The notes: a model not told the origin generated them from the sequence alone. Positions 9,698-19,384 are shown, counted from the stretch's first letter. The stretch: DNA of 64,000 nt from Methanofastidiosum sp. (GCA_039679445.1 JBDKUY010000025.1:12362-76361), one strand, 5' to 3'. Translations and numbers: made by a program.

Positions 9698-10804
9698 ATG
9701 CATTATCACATCATACTGACAACGAAATGTAATTCCCAGTGCAAATACTGTTACGAAAAGTCAATGAATGATTTTGATGCGGAGATTGAACAAAAAGTCA
9801 CTCTTGATTTATCTGCACCCGAATCTAGCGAAATCGATGTGAATGCTCTTAAGAAATTTATTAATAAGGATAAAAATCCAGTGATTATTTTCTATGGAGG
9901 AGAACCTCTCCTCCAAATAAAAAAAATCAAGGGGATTATTGATAATATTGATGTACCCTATAGAATGCAGACAAACGGAAAGCTTTTGGATAAACTTCCA
10001 ATAGAATATCTAGATAAAATTGGTAGGATTTTAGTTTCTATTGATGGAGACAGAGAGAGAACTGATTCAAATAGAGGTAAAGGAACTTACAACTTAGTAA
10101 TGAAGAATATTTCGCAAATTAAAGAAAAAGGTTATTCAGGGGAGATTATTGGCAGGATGACTTTAAACCCAGAATCTCCAGATATTTTTGAACAAGTCTT
10201 ACATTTGGTTGATAGTGGCTTTTCATCCGTCCATTGGCAGATAGATGCGGGTTTTTACGCATATGATTATGATAAAGAAAAATTTAGTTTATTTACAAAA
10301 GAATACAACAGTTCAATCACAAAACTTATCGATTATTGGGTAAGTCAGATGAGAAATGAAAAAGTTCTAAAACTTTATCCATTCATTGGAATAGTGGAGA
10401 GTCTTCTCAAAGGCGAGAAAACATTTCTAAGATGTGGTGCAGGCCATAGTGGATATGCTATACGCACAGATGGAAAATTGGTGGCTTGTCCAATCATGAC
10501 TTGGATTCAAGATTTTGTTTGTGGTGATTTAGATTCCGACCCTGCAGAATTAAAAAAATTTCCAATAGCAGAAAGATGCAAGAACTGTGAGATTAAGAAT
10601 ATTTGTGGCGGGAGATGCCTCTACTGGCAGCACCTAAAATTATGGCCAGAAGATGGAAATGAATTAATATGCAATACAATTAAACATCTTGTAATAGAGC
10701 TAAAAAATAAAATGCCTGAAATTAAAGAACTTATTGACAACGAGACAATCAGCTACAAAGATTTTGAATATGAGAAATATTTTGGGCCAGAAATAATACC
10801 ATAA
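9698..10804 (+). CDS. Radical SAM/SPASM-domain enzyme (putative peptide-modifying maturase type)
   Basis: CNSQCKYC (CxxxCxxC) at the N-terminus. C-terminal Cys clusters CGAGHSGYAIRTDGKLVACP and CKNCEIKNICGGRC. Confidence 0.8.
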   Translation: MHYHIILTTKCNSQCKYCYEKSMNDFDAEIEQKVTLDLSAPESSEIDVNALKKFINKDKNPVIIFYGGEPLLQIKKIKGIIDNIDVPYRMQTNGKLLDKLPIEYLDKIGRILVSIDGDRERTDSNRGKGTYNLVMKNISQIKEKGYSGEIIGRMTLNPESPDIFEQVLHLVDSGFSSVHWQIDAGFYAYDYDKEKFSLFTKEYNSSITKLIDYWVSQMRNEKVLKLYPFIGIVESLLKGEKTFLRCGAGHSGYAIRTDGKLVACPIMTWIQDFVCGDLDSDPAELKKFPIAERCKNCEIKNICGGRCLYWQHLKLWPEDGNELICNTIKHLVIELKNKMPEIKELIDNETISYKDFEYEKYFGPEIIP

Positions 10805-10886
10805 TTCGTTCTATTTTTTGAAATTATTAAGAATAATTCTCCGAAAGATACTTAAATACCATAATCAAAGTGTAGTTGGAGATTTT

Positions 10887-11450
10887 ATGGACTTATCAAT
10901 TTTGTTAATACTTGGAGTTGTAGTTGTTATAGCAATTGGTCTTATTGGGATATTTGTTGGCATCTACAACAGATTTTTTGCATTGAAGAATTCAGCTGAA
11001 GCAACTCTTGGACAGATAAGAGTCGCTCTAAAAAAGCGTCTTGATATGATTGACCAGCTATTGGGTGCTGTAAAGAGTTACGCAAAGTTTGAGAAAGAAA
11101 CATTGGAGAATATAACAAAATACCGTGCAAGTATTGGAAGCGCTTCTCCTAAGGCAATAAGTGAAATTGACCATCAAAGTGCAGGCATCTTGGGAAGACT
11201 TATTGCAGTAGCAGAAAACTATCCAGATCTTAAAACTTCAACTACAGTAGTTAATCTAATGGAATCAGTAAAAACTGTAGAAGATGAAATTGCAAGACAA
11301 AGGTATACCTACAATAACATAGCCCAACAGTTTAACACTATGCTTGATACAATACCCTCAAACATAGTTGGAAGAATCATCGGACTCATAAAACTAGAAT
11401 ACCTTAAATTTGAAGAGGCTATTGAAACAAGGCCAAAGATTGAGTTTTAG
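10887..11450 (+). CDS. lemA: LemA family protein
   Basis: N-terminal TM helix followed by YNRFFALKNSAEATLGQIRVALKKRLDMIDQL...ENYPDLK. ATG at 10887 preferred over the upstream TTG of the ORF track. Confidence 0.8.
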   Translation: MDLSILLILGVVVVIAIGLIGIFVGIYNRFFALKNSAEATLGQIRVALKKRLDMIDQLLGAVKSYAKFEKETLENITKYRASIGSASPKAISEIDHQSAGILGRLIAVAENYPDLKTSTTVVNLMESVKTVEDEIARQRYTYNNIAQQFNTMLDTIPSNIVGRIIGLIKLEYLKFEEAIETRPKIEF

Positions 11451-11461
11451 AAGATGAAAAT

Positions 11462-13276
11462 ATGGCTGAATCAAAACAGATTACAGTACTAGTGCTAGTT
11501 ACGCTTTTGATAGGCGCAACTACACTATTGCTACTGCCTAAAGGCCCAATAAATTTGGAAGGTGACCTTGTAGTAGATAACTATGAGGTCACTTTTCTTT
11601 CTGATGGTACCTTAACTGAAAAATACACCTATGATGTAAAGAATTCTGGACAGTATCAAATGCTTTTTAGGTATTGGGACGATATACTCTCATTTGAAAG
11701 ACTTGGAAGGTCCTATATTGAATTTGTAGACGTAAAGTATCCTTCTGGAACTATCGGTTATGCTAAAGATTACAAAGATGATGTGAGATTATTTGGAGAT
11801 GAATCCCACATTTATACCATAGATTCTTTAGCATATACAAATGAAGTGGGCGCATACAATCCTTCATACTTTAATAAAGGCAAGTATGAGATAGAATACA
11901 ATTACATCCTTCACCCACCTATTCAATACGATAGTGAAGTCAGTCATTTGAATCTAAAACTCCAGAGAGAACATATACCAATAAAAAATTTTAAGATAAT
12001 GATTGCAAAAGAAAGTATAGTAAAAGTTTATCCACATCCACCTAACTTAAAAGTTTCAGAAGATCAAAACTATATTATTATTACTGGAACTTCTCCAGAA
12101 AATGAACTTTTAGAAATTGAACTTCTTTTAAAGCCAGAATATATTAATACCATAAATGGTTTCCCAGAAAATATAAGTGGAGTTAGACAGGAAACAGAAA
12201 TGGCTAATTTACTCTATACTGTACCATTTTATGCGGCAAAGTTTCTTTATGCGTTAACAAGTCTACTGCTTATAATAGTTCCATTCATATTCTTATATAT
12301 TTATTACAGACATGGCAAAGAAAAAATCTTTACAGTGCCGGAATTTTTGAGCTTTGTTCCTAATGATAAATTGAAACCTTGGGTAGTCAATCTTCTGTTT
12401 AAAGGTGAGGCAAATACTTTTGACATGAATGCTTTCTACGCAACACTTTTGGATCTCCATAAAAGACATAAAATTGAGATAAAAGAGAAGGAAAATCCAA
12501 AATATATAACAATTAAACTAAAAGATAAAACTGACCTCGATCATTTTGAAACAAAGGTAATCGAGTTTATTGAAAAAGTAGGAACTGATGGAGTAGTTGA
12601 TACTGAAACAATATCCTCCCTGGCTAAGAGTGCAAGAAAGGATGTTATGAACCAAAAAACTATGCTAAGCTATCAATCATCCCTAAACGGCATTACAAAT
12701 GTTAAATCTACTGACAGAATGATTATTAAAAACTATATAGTTGAGGGAAGGACTAGACCTCTCCCAGTATTGCTTTTTGGGATACTCTTTGCAGTCATTT
12801 CTATTATTATGCTCATATTTATACCTTTTGCAACTAATGCATCAAGTTCTCTTATTGCTTCCATAATAATTGTTATCCAATCTATAATCGCTATGGCATT
12901 TCCAACAACACTATTCGGGCTATGGAAAAATGACAGCTATAAAGAAAAACTTGAATGGGATGCTTTTACTAAGTTCTTATCCGACCTCGCATTGATGAGA
13001 AAATATTCTCCAGATGATATCCTCATGTGGGGAGAATGGCTTGTATATGGAACTGCACTTGGAGTAGGGGATAAAGTAGAAGCTGCAATGAAAGCTCTGA
13101 ATGTAAACATACAAGACGTAAATGTAGTTCCTTACCATACGATAAATAGGTCTTTTATTCCAATTTCATCCTACGCACCCCCCAGCAGTGGCAGTGGTGG
13201 TAGTGGAGGATTTGGAGGCGGAGGAGGATTTGGTGGTGGCGGTGGCTTCGGTGGAGGCGGCGTTGGAGGTCGTTAA
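11462..13276 (+). CDS. DUF2207-like membrane protein with Gly-rich C-terminal tail
   Basis: N-terminal TM, large ectodomain, central and C-terminal TM helices, tail SGSGGSGGFGGGGGFGGGGGFGGGGVGGR. Sits directly downstream of lemA, a recurrent pairing. Confidence 0.65.
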   Translation: MAESKQITVLVLVTLLIGATTLLLLPKGPINLEGDLVVDNYEVTFLSDGTLTEKYTYDVKNSGQYQMLFRYWDDILSFERLGRSYIEFVDVKYPSGTIGYAKDYKDDVRLFGDESHIYTIDSLAYTNEVGAYNPSYFNKGKYEIEYNYILHPPIQYDSEVSHLNLKLQREHIPIKNFKIMIAKESIVKVYPHPPNLKVSEDQNYIIITGTSPENELLEIELLLKPEYINTINGFPENISGVRQETEMANLLYTVPFYAAKFLYALTSLLLIIVPFIFLYIYYRHGKEKIFTVPEFLSFVPNDKLKPWVVNLLFKGEANTFDMNAFYATLLDLHKRHKIEIKEKENPKYITIKLKDKTDLDHFETKVIEFIEKVGTDGVVDTETISSLAKSARKDVMNQKTMLSYQSSLNGITNVKSTDRMIIKNYIVEGRTRPLPVLLFGILFAVISIIMLIFIPFATNASSSLIASIIIVIQSIIAMAFPTTLFGLWKNDSYKEKLEWDAFTKFLSDLALMRKYSPDDILMWGEWLVYGTALGVGDKVEAAMKALNVNIQDVNVVPYHTINRSFIPISSYAPPSSGSGGSGGFGGGGGFGGGGGFGGGGVGGR

Positions 13277-13338
13277 ATCTATTAAAATAAAATTTTTTTT
13301 ATAATTAAGAAAATTAGAATATATTTAATAAAATGAAA

Positions 13339-13372
13339 TAATAACTATTTTAGCTTAATAACTATTTTAGCT
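13339..13372. repeat. Perfect 17-bp tandem duplication (taataactattttagct x2)
   Basis: 13339-13355 equals 13356-13372. The second copy covers the ftsZ stop codon and last sense codon. Confidence 0.95.
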
Positions 13373-14518
13373 AAATAGATCATCTATTCCATATTTAGCC
13401 CAGTCGATGCTTCGTCCAAAGCTTTCTCCGCCGCCCACTCTTTTCCTTCTTGCGTCTCTCTCAAACGGTTGTAGTTCTATGTCTCCATCTGCAGCTCTTC
13501 CAGATATGAACGGTGATTTTACTCCAGTCATGATGAGCATTACTCTCATCGAATCTTTTAGACCTTCGTCAACTCTTGCACCCCAAATAATCTTTGCTTC
13601 AGGATCCATAATTGAGTTAACAATTTCTCCGACTCTGTTGGCCTCGTTTAAGGTCATATTGCTACCGCCTGAAACGTGAACAAGTGCACCTTTTGCATTC
13701 TTATAGTCAACATCCAATAGTTTGCAGGTCATTGCTTCGTGGACTGCTTCCTCAACTCTATTCTTCGTATTAGATTCACCGACTCCAATTACAGCAACTC
13801 CACCATCTTGCATGATTGTCCTTACATCAGCATAATCTAAGTTAACAAGACTTGGTTGTGTAATAGTTTCTGTGATTCCTTTAACCATCTCGGCAAGAAC
13901 TTCGTCAGATACACTAAATGCATAGTCAATTGGCATGTTCGGAACAAGTTGAAGTAGCTTATTGTTATCTAGTGTGATAACTGTATCTGCATATCGCCTA
14001 AAGGCTTCAAGTCCTTGAATTGCCTTTTCAAATCTGTGAGATCCTTCCATTCTAAAAGGTAAGGTTACTACCCCCACAACTAACGCGCCACATTCTTTAG
14101 CAACTTCAGCAACTACCGGGGCACTCCCCGTTCCTGTTCCGCCCCCCATACCTGCAGAGACGAAAACTAAATTTGCGTCTTTAAAAAGATCTTTTAATTT
14201 ATGCCTATCCTCTTGAGCGGCTTCCCAGCCAATGCTAGGGTCTCCCCCTGCTCCAAGACCTTTTGTAAGCTCTTTTCCAATAACAAACTTTTTGTCAGCT
14301 TGAATATTTTCTAAGTGCTGCCTATCGGTATTCAAGGCAATTGTTTCGGCGCCCATTACTCCTCCGAGCATTGAAAGTCTATTTATTGTATTATTGCCTG
14401 CACCACCACATCCTGCACATATTATCCTAGCGTGCCCAATGCCTTCTAATTCCACTGCAGTTTCTTCAAAGTTATTAGTTTGAGTATATCTTGAAGCATT
14501 TTCCAAGATGCCTTTCAT
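13367..14518 (-). CDS. ftsZ: Cell division GTPase FtsZ
   Basis: [33 protein letters not shown], and a conserved C-terminal peptide IDDLFS. Confidence 0.95.
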   Translation of the reverse strand: MKGILENASRYTQTNNFEETAVELEGIGHARIICAGCGGAGNNTINRLSMLGGVMGAETIALNTDRQHLENIQADKKFVIGKELTKGLGAGGDPSIGWEAAQEDRHKLKDLFKDANLVFVSAGMGGGTGTGSAPVVAEVAKECGALVVGVVTLPFRMEGSHRFEKAIQGLEAFRRYADTVITLDNNKLLQLVPNMPIDYAFSVSDEVLAEMVKGITETITQPSLVNLDYADVRTIMQDGGVAVIGVGESNTKNRVEEAVHEAMTCKLLDVDYKNAKGALVHVSGGSNMTLNEANRVGEIVNSIMDPEAKIIWGARVDEGLKDSMRVMLIMTGVKSPFISGRAADGDIELQPFERDARRKRVGGGESFGRSIDWAKYGIDDLFS

Positions 14519-14554
14519 ATAAAACCCCCAATTATATAAATTATTTTTTATTAT

Positions 14555-14737
14555 TTACTTTATTTTTCCAGATATGCCTTCATTTCTAAGTGATCTAAAC
14601 CCACCAAGTTCGTTCTTTAGCATGTCTCTGATCGCTGATCTTATGGCTTCACTCTTATTAGGGAAGTATCCATAATTAACCAACTCGTCCAACCCGTTCA
14701 TATATGCTTCTGGTATTTGTACTGATATGAGTTTCAT
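14555..14737 (-). CDS. Ribbon-helix-helix (CopG-like) protein upstream of ftsZ
   Basis: KLISVQIPEAYMNGLDELV...NKSEAIRSAIRDML is a typical RHH beta-strand plus two helices. 36 nt upstream of ftsZ on the same strand. Confidence 0.7.
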   Translation of the reverse strand: MKLISVQIPEAYMNGLDELVNYGYFPNKSEAIRSAIRDMLKNELGGFRSLRNEGISGKIK

Positions 14738-14793
14738 TAGTGTCCCTCTAGCATCTGTATAATACTTAGGAGATATATCTATATAAGAGTTTC

Positions 14794-14992
14794 GGTTATC
14801 CAGATATCCCTTATAACCTATTTGGATATCTTCCTGATGTGTTTCTTGTATTATCCTTATACCCCCATAATATTATTCAGATATTATATGGACACTTCAT
14901 ATCTATTGTCTGGATACTTCAATAGTGGTATTGTAATATCGCTCACGGATTATCATTATGGATAATCATTGTCTTTCATGTGGGTTATCCAG
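14794..14992. promoter_or_regulatory. Cluster of repeated GGTTATCCAG / CTGGATA / GGAT(T/A)ATCATT motifs in a 406-bp intergenic region
   Basis: ggttatccag at 14794-14803 and 14983-14992. Inverted ctggata at 14910-14916. Tandem ggattatcatt/ggataatcatt at 14947-14970. Lies between the divergent RHH-ftsZ and cgi121 genes. Confidence 0.35.
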
Positions 14993-15143
14993 TAAATACT
15001 AATTTTGTTAACTACTATATATAGTTTTCGGTTAATAATGATAAACAATACTTCTTTTAGATTTCCATAAAGTATTACCAATTATAAACTTTATTAACAA
15101 TGCACAACGATAATTTTTTAAGAAAAGAGAAGATAGTATAATC

Positions 15144-15593
15144 ATGTTACTGGTATTTGAATCCCAAATTCAAGATGCACAAAAACTAATTGAAATATTA
15201 AAGAAAAATGGGGCAGATGCTATTTTTGACGTAAGTAAAGCATATGGAATTAATCATATAGCTATGGCTTTGTACCAGACAACTCAAGCATTTAAGAATA
15301 AATCAAACTTTGCTGATGATTTTTCACTTGAGTATTTGATCAGATTATCTGGAGAAAAACAGATATCTAAAGCTTTAACGTTTGGTATAAAAAATGGATG
15401 TAATAGTATAGGAATTATAGTGAATGAAGAAAAAAAAGGGAAGATTATTCAGATTTTAGGTCAGCCCGTTCCCCCAGGGATATATGATAAAGATTTCATA
15501 ATAGAGTATTTTGAAATAACGGATATCAATAATAGAATAGAAACTGAAAAAAAGATATTTGAAAAGATTGCATTACTTAATACTAAAATATAG
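15144..15593 (+). CDS. cgi121: KEOPS complex subunit Cgi121
   Basis: HIAMALYQTTQAFKNKSNFADDFSLEYLIRLSGEKQISKALTFGIK...FEKIALLNTKI aligns by eye with archaeal Cgi121 (ILVRASGQRQIHEAIKIIG...LEKIALIELKK). Confidence 0.75.
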   Translation: MLLVFESQIQDAQKLIEILKKNGADAIFDVSKAYGINHIAMALYQTTQAFKNKSNFADDFSLEYLIRLSGEKQISKALTFGIKNGCNSIGIIVNEEKKGKIIQILGQPVPPGIYDKDFIIEYFEITDINNRIETEKKIFEKIALLNTKI

Positions 15594-15716
15594 ACTAATG
15601 ATAAACAATAGTTAAAATAATGATTAACATATTAATCAATATAAATTTCTACCTTAACTTACGAAATGTTCAATCAATATAATAAGATATTTAAATAGAA
15701 TTATTCAGCTAATGGT

Positions 15717-16389
15717 GTGACTATAGACCAAATAATCTCAATGTCGTTTAAATTAATTGATGAAATGTCTGTCATGGTGACGGTTATAGCGGTATTAGTC
15801 AGCTCGATAAAGAATTTCAGAGCAATTGTTGTTGACCAAGATTTTAATATAAAAAATCAAATCATAATGATATTAATATTTGGCACATTTTCTATTTTTG
15901 GTAATTATGGTGGGGATTAAACTATCTTCAGGTGCCATTGCTAATATAAGGGACATTGGGCCATTGTTCGCAGGATTAGTTGGAGGTCCAGTCATTGGAC
16001 TTGGCGCAGGATTGATAGGGGGGATTAATAGATACTACGGAGGAGGTTTTACTGCTGTCCCATGTTCAGTTGCTACCATTTCTGCCGGCGTAGTAGGCGG
16101 GATAGTTTATTTGATTAACAAGAAAGAATTCGTAGGAACTTACAAAGCAGTCATTATTGCCACTCTTGTTCAAATGTACCATATGGGCATTACTTTGATT
16201 CTTGCAAAACCATTTTCCTTGGCCTTAGAAACAGTTAAAACAGTAGTTTTGCCCATGACAATTGCAAATGCATTAGGCATTGGTATTTTCTCTCTTATTA
16301 TAGGCAGTTTGATCCAAGATAAAAAGAAAATCAAACAACTTGAAGAAGATCTAGAAATGGTTTCATCTAAAGATGAACAGCTTATATAA
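15717..16389 (+). pseudogene. LytS/5TMR-LYT-type membrane sensor domain protein, split by a frameshift in a GGGG run
   Basis: ORFs 15717-15920 and 15880-16389 join as ...FGNYGGIKLSSGAIANIRDIGPLFAGLVGGPVIGLGAGLIGG... if one G of 15912-15915 is removed. RDIGP...GLxGG is the 5TM receptor signature. Confidence 0.65.
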
Positions 16390-16407
16390 TGTGTAGGATA
16401 AAAGAGG

Positions 16408-16459
16408 CGGGCCTGGTGGGATTTGAACCCACGATCTCAAGGTCCGAAGCCCTACGCCA
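16408..16459 (-). repeat. att direct repeat (left): 52-nt copy of the 3' portion of tRNA-Arg
   Basis: 49/52 identical to 37616-37667 in the same orientation. Covers the acceptor 3' strand, T-arm, variable loop and anticodon arm. The upstream 5' part is degenerate, so this is not a complete tRNA. Confidence 0.85.
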
Positions 16460-16578
16460 CCTAGTAGGCAATTAATTGTTAAATGTTAAGTATATAAGTA
16501 TTTTGTTTATTGATTTGTATATACTAAGATTTTGTTGTTTTAAATTCTTTTACACTTTATTCAAATGTTCTTTACTAT

Positions 16579-18015
16579 TTAATCAATCATGTCATTTTCT
16601 TTTAATTGTGGAAGATCTGGATATGTAATAGGCATTCCAACTAGTTTAGAAGCCAATGATTTTCTTAATTCATCTGTAAGATTCATTTTCTCAGACAAAT
16701 CCTTAGGGCATGATGATCGCTCTAATCCAGTTCCCCTATCAATAATATTTAATAAAAAATAAGGTGTAGTAGCTTTAACATTTTGCCTATGACGTAGACA
16801 AGAAGGTATATCCTTTCGGATATCCTTTAAAGAAGAGATTAATCCCATAACTAAAGATGGAGTAATAGATGCACCTACTATATATCCTGCTGCAACACCA
16901 AGTCCACCCCAAATAGTATTTTCTACTATTTTTTTCAACAAAGTGTTATTTATTGAATTTAACTCTTTCTGGCATTTGTCGAGATTTTCATTTAGATTAT
17001 CCAACCAAGTTGATGGCTCTAAATCCCCACTAAATAATCCTTTGCCTTCATTCCATTCTTTTCTGAAATTTATGAATGATGTCAATTCGTTCGAGCGAAA
17101 TTCAAGAAATTTTTCTTCTTTCACTTTGCCCAATAAAGGTATTTTTTTAATAGAGATTTTATTTTCACAATTTTTTTGATATATATGCTCGTTTTTTCTT
17201 TTTAGAAATTCAAAAGTTAGGGCTTCGTTAGTAGTGATTGTTGCAGATAGTAATTCGGATAAAAATATATTTTTATTAATTTTATTAGCAACTGCGCATG
17301 AATTATTATGAATCTCTAGATTTACCCAGTTTTGTATTTCCTCGTCTGGTATGTCTTCTATATTATTAGGGATTATTCCCCTATGAATCATTTTTCCATT
17401 ATCTTCAATTTGAACTAATTTTGAGAAAGGAGAATACATATGAATAGGTTCATAATCTAAATCACCTATTTGCATGGCAAGAATATTCGAGTCTTTATAT
17501 ACTTTCCACTTTATTCTCGATTCAATATACTTTAATGATTCATTTTCAATCCAATCTTTTTCTAATTCATATTTTAAACTAATATTAAAAAAAGATAAAA
17601 TAAAATTGCTCGGTATCAACTCAATAAGATTTTCTCGGAATAATGGCTCCACATCAAATACTATTTTTAGGCTTGATTTTAGATTTTCTAAGAATACTTT
17701 AAGATTATTTTTATAGTGGGGTGGTGTAAATAGAGTAGCATCTATTGGATCTTGAATAACTTGTTTATCATTATATAGCGAATTATTAACGATAATGTTT
17801 GCATTAATGTAAGGTGAACCAGAAGTTGGAATTACTGGCAAATCATTGCTATACCAAAAGTATTCAAACAGTGAACTTTTATTATGAATTGAAGACCAAT
17901 CTTCAAGAAATTTATCTAAAGTATCTGAATCAAAATTATCAATGATTGTCTTATAATTATCACGTGTTATTTCCCATTTCATTAAAAAAATAAGAAATTC
18001 ATTTCCTTGCATCAA
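16579..18015 (-). CDS. Orphan 478-aa protein with one C-terminal-proximal TM segment (element cargo)
   Basis: Long ORF, hydrophobic stretch IWGGLGVAAGYIVGASITPSLVMGLISSL. No motif recognised. Confidence 0.5.
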   Translation of the reverse strand: MMQGNEFLIFLMKWEITRDNYKTIIDNFDSDTLDKFLEDWSSIHNKSSLFEYFWYSNDLPVIPTSGSPYINANIIVNNSLYNDKQVIQDPIDATLFTPPHYKNNLKVFLENLKSSLKIVFDVEPLFRENLIELIPSNFILSFFNISLKYELEKDWIENESLKYIESRIKWKVYKDSNILAMQIGDLDYEPIHMYSPFSKLVQIEDNGKMIHRGIIPNNIEDIPDEEIQNWVNLEIHNNSCAVANKINKNIFLSELLSATITTNEALTFEFLKRKNEHIYQKNCENKISIKKIPLLGKVKEEKFLEFRSNELTSFINFRKEWNEGKGLFSGDLEPSTWLDNLNENLDKCQKELNSINNTLLKKIVENTIWGGLGVAAGYIVGASITPSLVMGLISSLKDIRKDIPSCLRHRQNVKATTPYFLLNIIDRGTGLERSSCPKDLSEKMNLTDELRKSLASKLVGMPITYPDLPQLKENDMID

Positions 18016-18052
18016 TGCTAAATGACATTTTTCATTTTTATATTTATCTAAT

Positions 18053-19384
18053 GTGAATAGGATTAGAAATAAAAAGATTTATTATGTTAAATACATATTT
18101 AGCACTATGATTGATTGGATGTCTCTTTTCTTAGGAGGCTTAATAGGTGGCATAATATCGACTTTTTTCTCCATTATTTATATCAGAGACAAAGAAAAGA
18201 AAGAAGAGAAAACTAAGAAGGAAATTATCCATAAATTATTAGAAAGTGCTAATAACTTAACAAATCTAGATAGATTTGAAGATTCAAAACCAATCTATAA
18301 TGAATTACTAACAATGGTTTCGGCTAAAAAATATCCCCTCATATATCCAGAAATTAAGTATTGCCAAGGCAATTGTTTTAGAGGAATTGGAAAAACAACT
18401 CAAGATATTAATGCATTTTTTACTGCAATTAATTACTATTATGAATCAGCCGATTTGTATAAGAAAAATGACAAATATTTGGAATATTCTTGGTGTAAGA
18501 ATAATCTAGGCGCTACATACTCTTCACTAGCTGAATTTAAAGGAATACTTGAATACTTTGATAAAGCTATAGAATCTTACAATGACGCTTTGGAAATCAG
18601 AACACGAGACAAATATCCAGAGTATTATGCAAAAACTAAGATGAATATAGGGAATATATATCTAAAATTATCAAAAATTAAAGAGAATAAAAAACAAGAA
18701 ATAGAATATGCAATTAGTCAGTATTCAGAAGCGCTAGAAACTTATGAGAATTTAAAAAATAATAAAGGAATTGCTTCAATAAAACAATATTTGGGAGTAT
18801 GTTATAAAGATTTATTTGATGTAGATGGCAAAAAAGACAATCTTCTAAAATCTATAATATATTTTAGTAATGCACTAGAAATAATAACAATACCAGACTA
18901 CCCAAAAGATTACGCTAATGCCCAAGATTCGTTAGGCAATACTTATAAAAAACTATCTTCATATGAAAATAAAGAAATTAATCTAAATAAAGCTATATCA
19001 TGCTATAAAAAATCTTTAGAAGTGGTAGAAAAAAAATCTCCGGATCATGCTAGAGTTTTAGGCAATCTTGGAAGTGTATATAGATTATACTTTGAAGTTA
19101 ATGATAGCAAGAAATGTCTGGAACAATCAATTAAATATTATAATAAATCATTAGAAATATATCTACCAAATAAGTATCCTTTTGAATACGCTAGGATAAG
19201 AAAGAATATGGGCAATGCTTATAGAGATTTATCTAGAATCTCTGATAAAAAGCATAATCTAAAACTTGCAATTGAGTGTTATGAATCTGCCCAAGATATC
19301 TATAAAGACAAGTATATAGATTTATATAATGAAGTAAGTAACTATCTAAGAGAAATTAATGAAGAAATTTTATCTGGGCAATAG
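18053..19384 (+). CDS. TM-anchored tetratricopeptide-repeat protein (element cargo)
   Basis: N-terminal TM (MSLFLGGLIGGIISTFFSIIYI) followed by about 8 repeats of A-x-x-Y-x-x-A-L-E-I...YP-x-x-YA-x-x-x-x-N-x-G-N-x-Y. The start may be the ATG at 18107. Confidence 0.75.
   Translation: MNRIRNKKIYYVKYIFSTMIDWMSLFLGGLIGGIISTFFSIIYIRDKEKKEEKTKKEIIHKLLESANNLTNLDRFEDSKPIYNELLTMVSAKKYPLIYPEIKYCQGNCFRGIGKTTQDINAFFTAINYYYESADLYKKNDKYLEYSWCKNNLGATYSSLAEFKGILEYFDKAIESYNDALEIRTRDKYPEYYAKTKMNIGNIYLKLSKIKENKKQEIEYAISQYSEALETYENLKNNKGIASIKQYLGVCYKDLFDVDGKKDNLLKSIIYFSNALEIITIPDYPKDYANAQDSLGNTYKKLSSYENKEINLNKAISCYKKSLEVVEKKSPDHARVLGNLGSVYRLYFEVNDSKKCLEQSIKYYNKSLEIYLPNKYPFEYARIRKNMGNAYRDLSRISDKKHNLKLAIECYESAQDIYKDKYIDLYNEVSNYLREINEEILSGQ

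Noticed and set aside
13183-13276. GGN-rich nucleotide repeats considered as a microsatellite or noncoding repeat.
   Set aside because: They are in frame and encode the Gly/Phe tail of the DUF2207-like protein.
14738-15143. The repeat-rich intergenic region considered as a chromosomal replication origin.
   Set aside because: No orc1/cdc6 gene is adjacent, and I see no ORB-like elements with a G-string. The motifs look more like operator half-sites for the neighbouring RHH protein.
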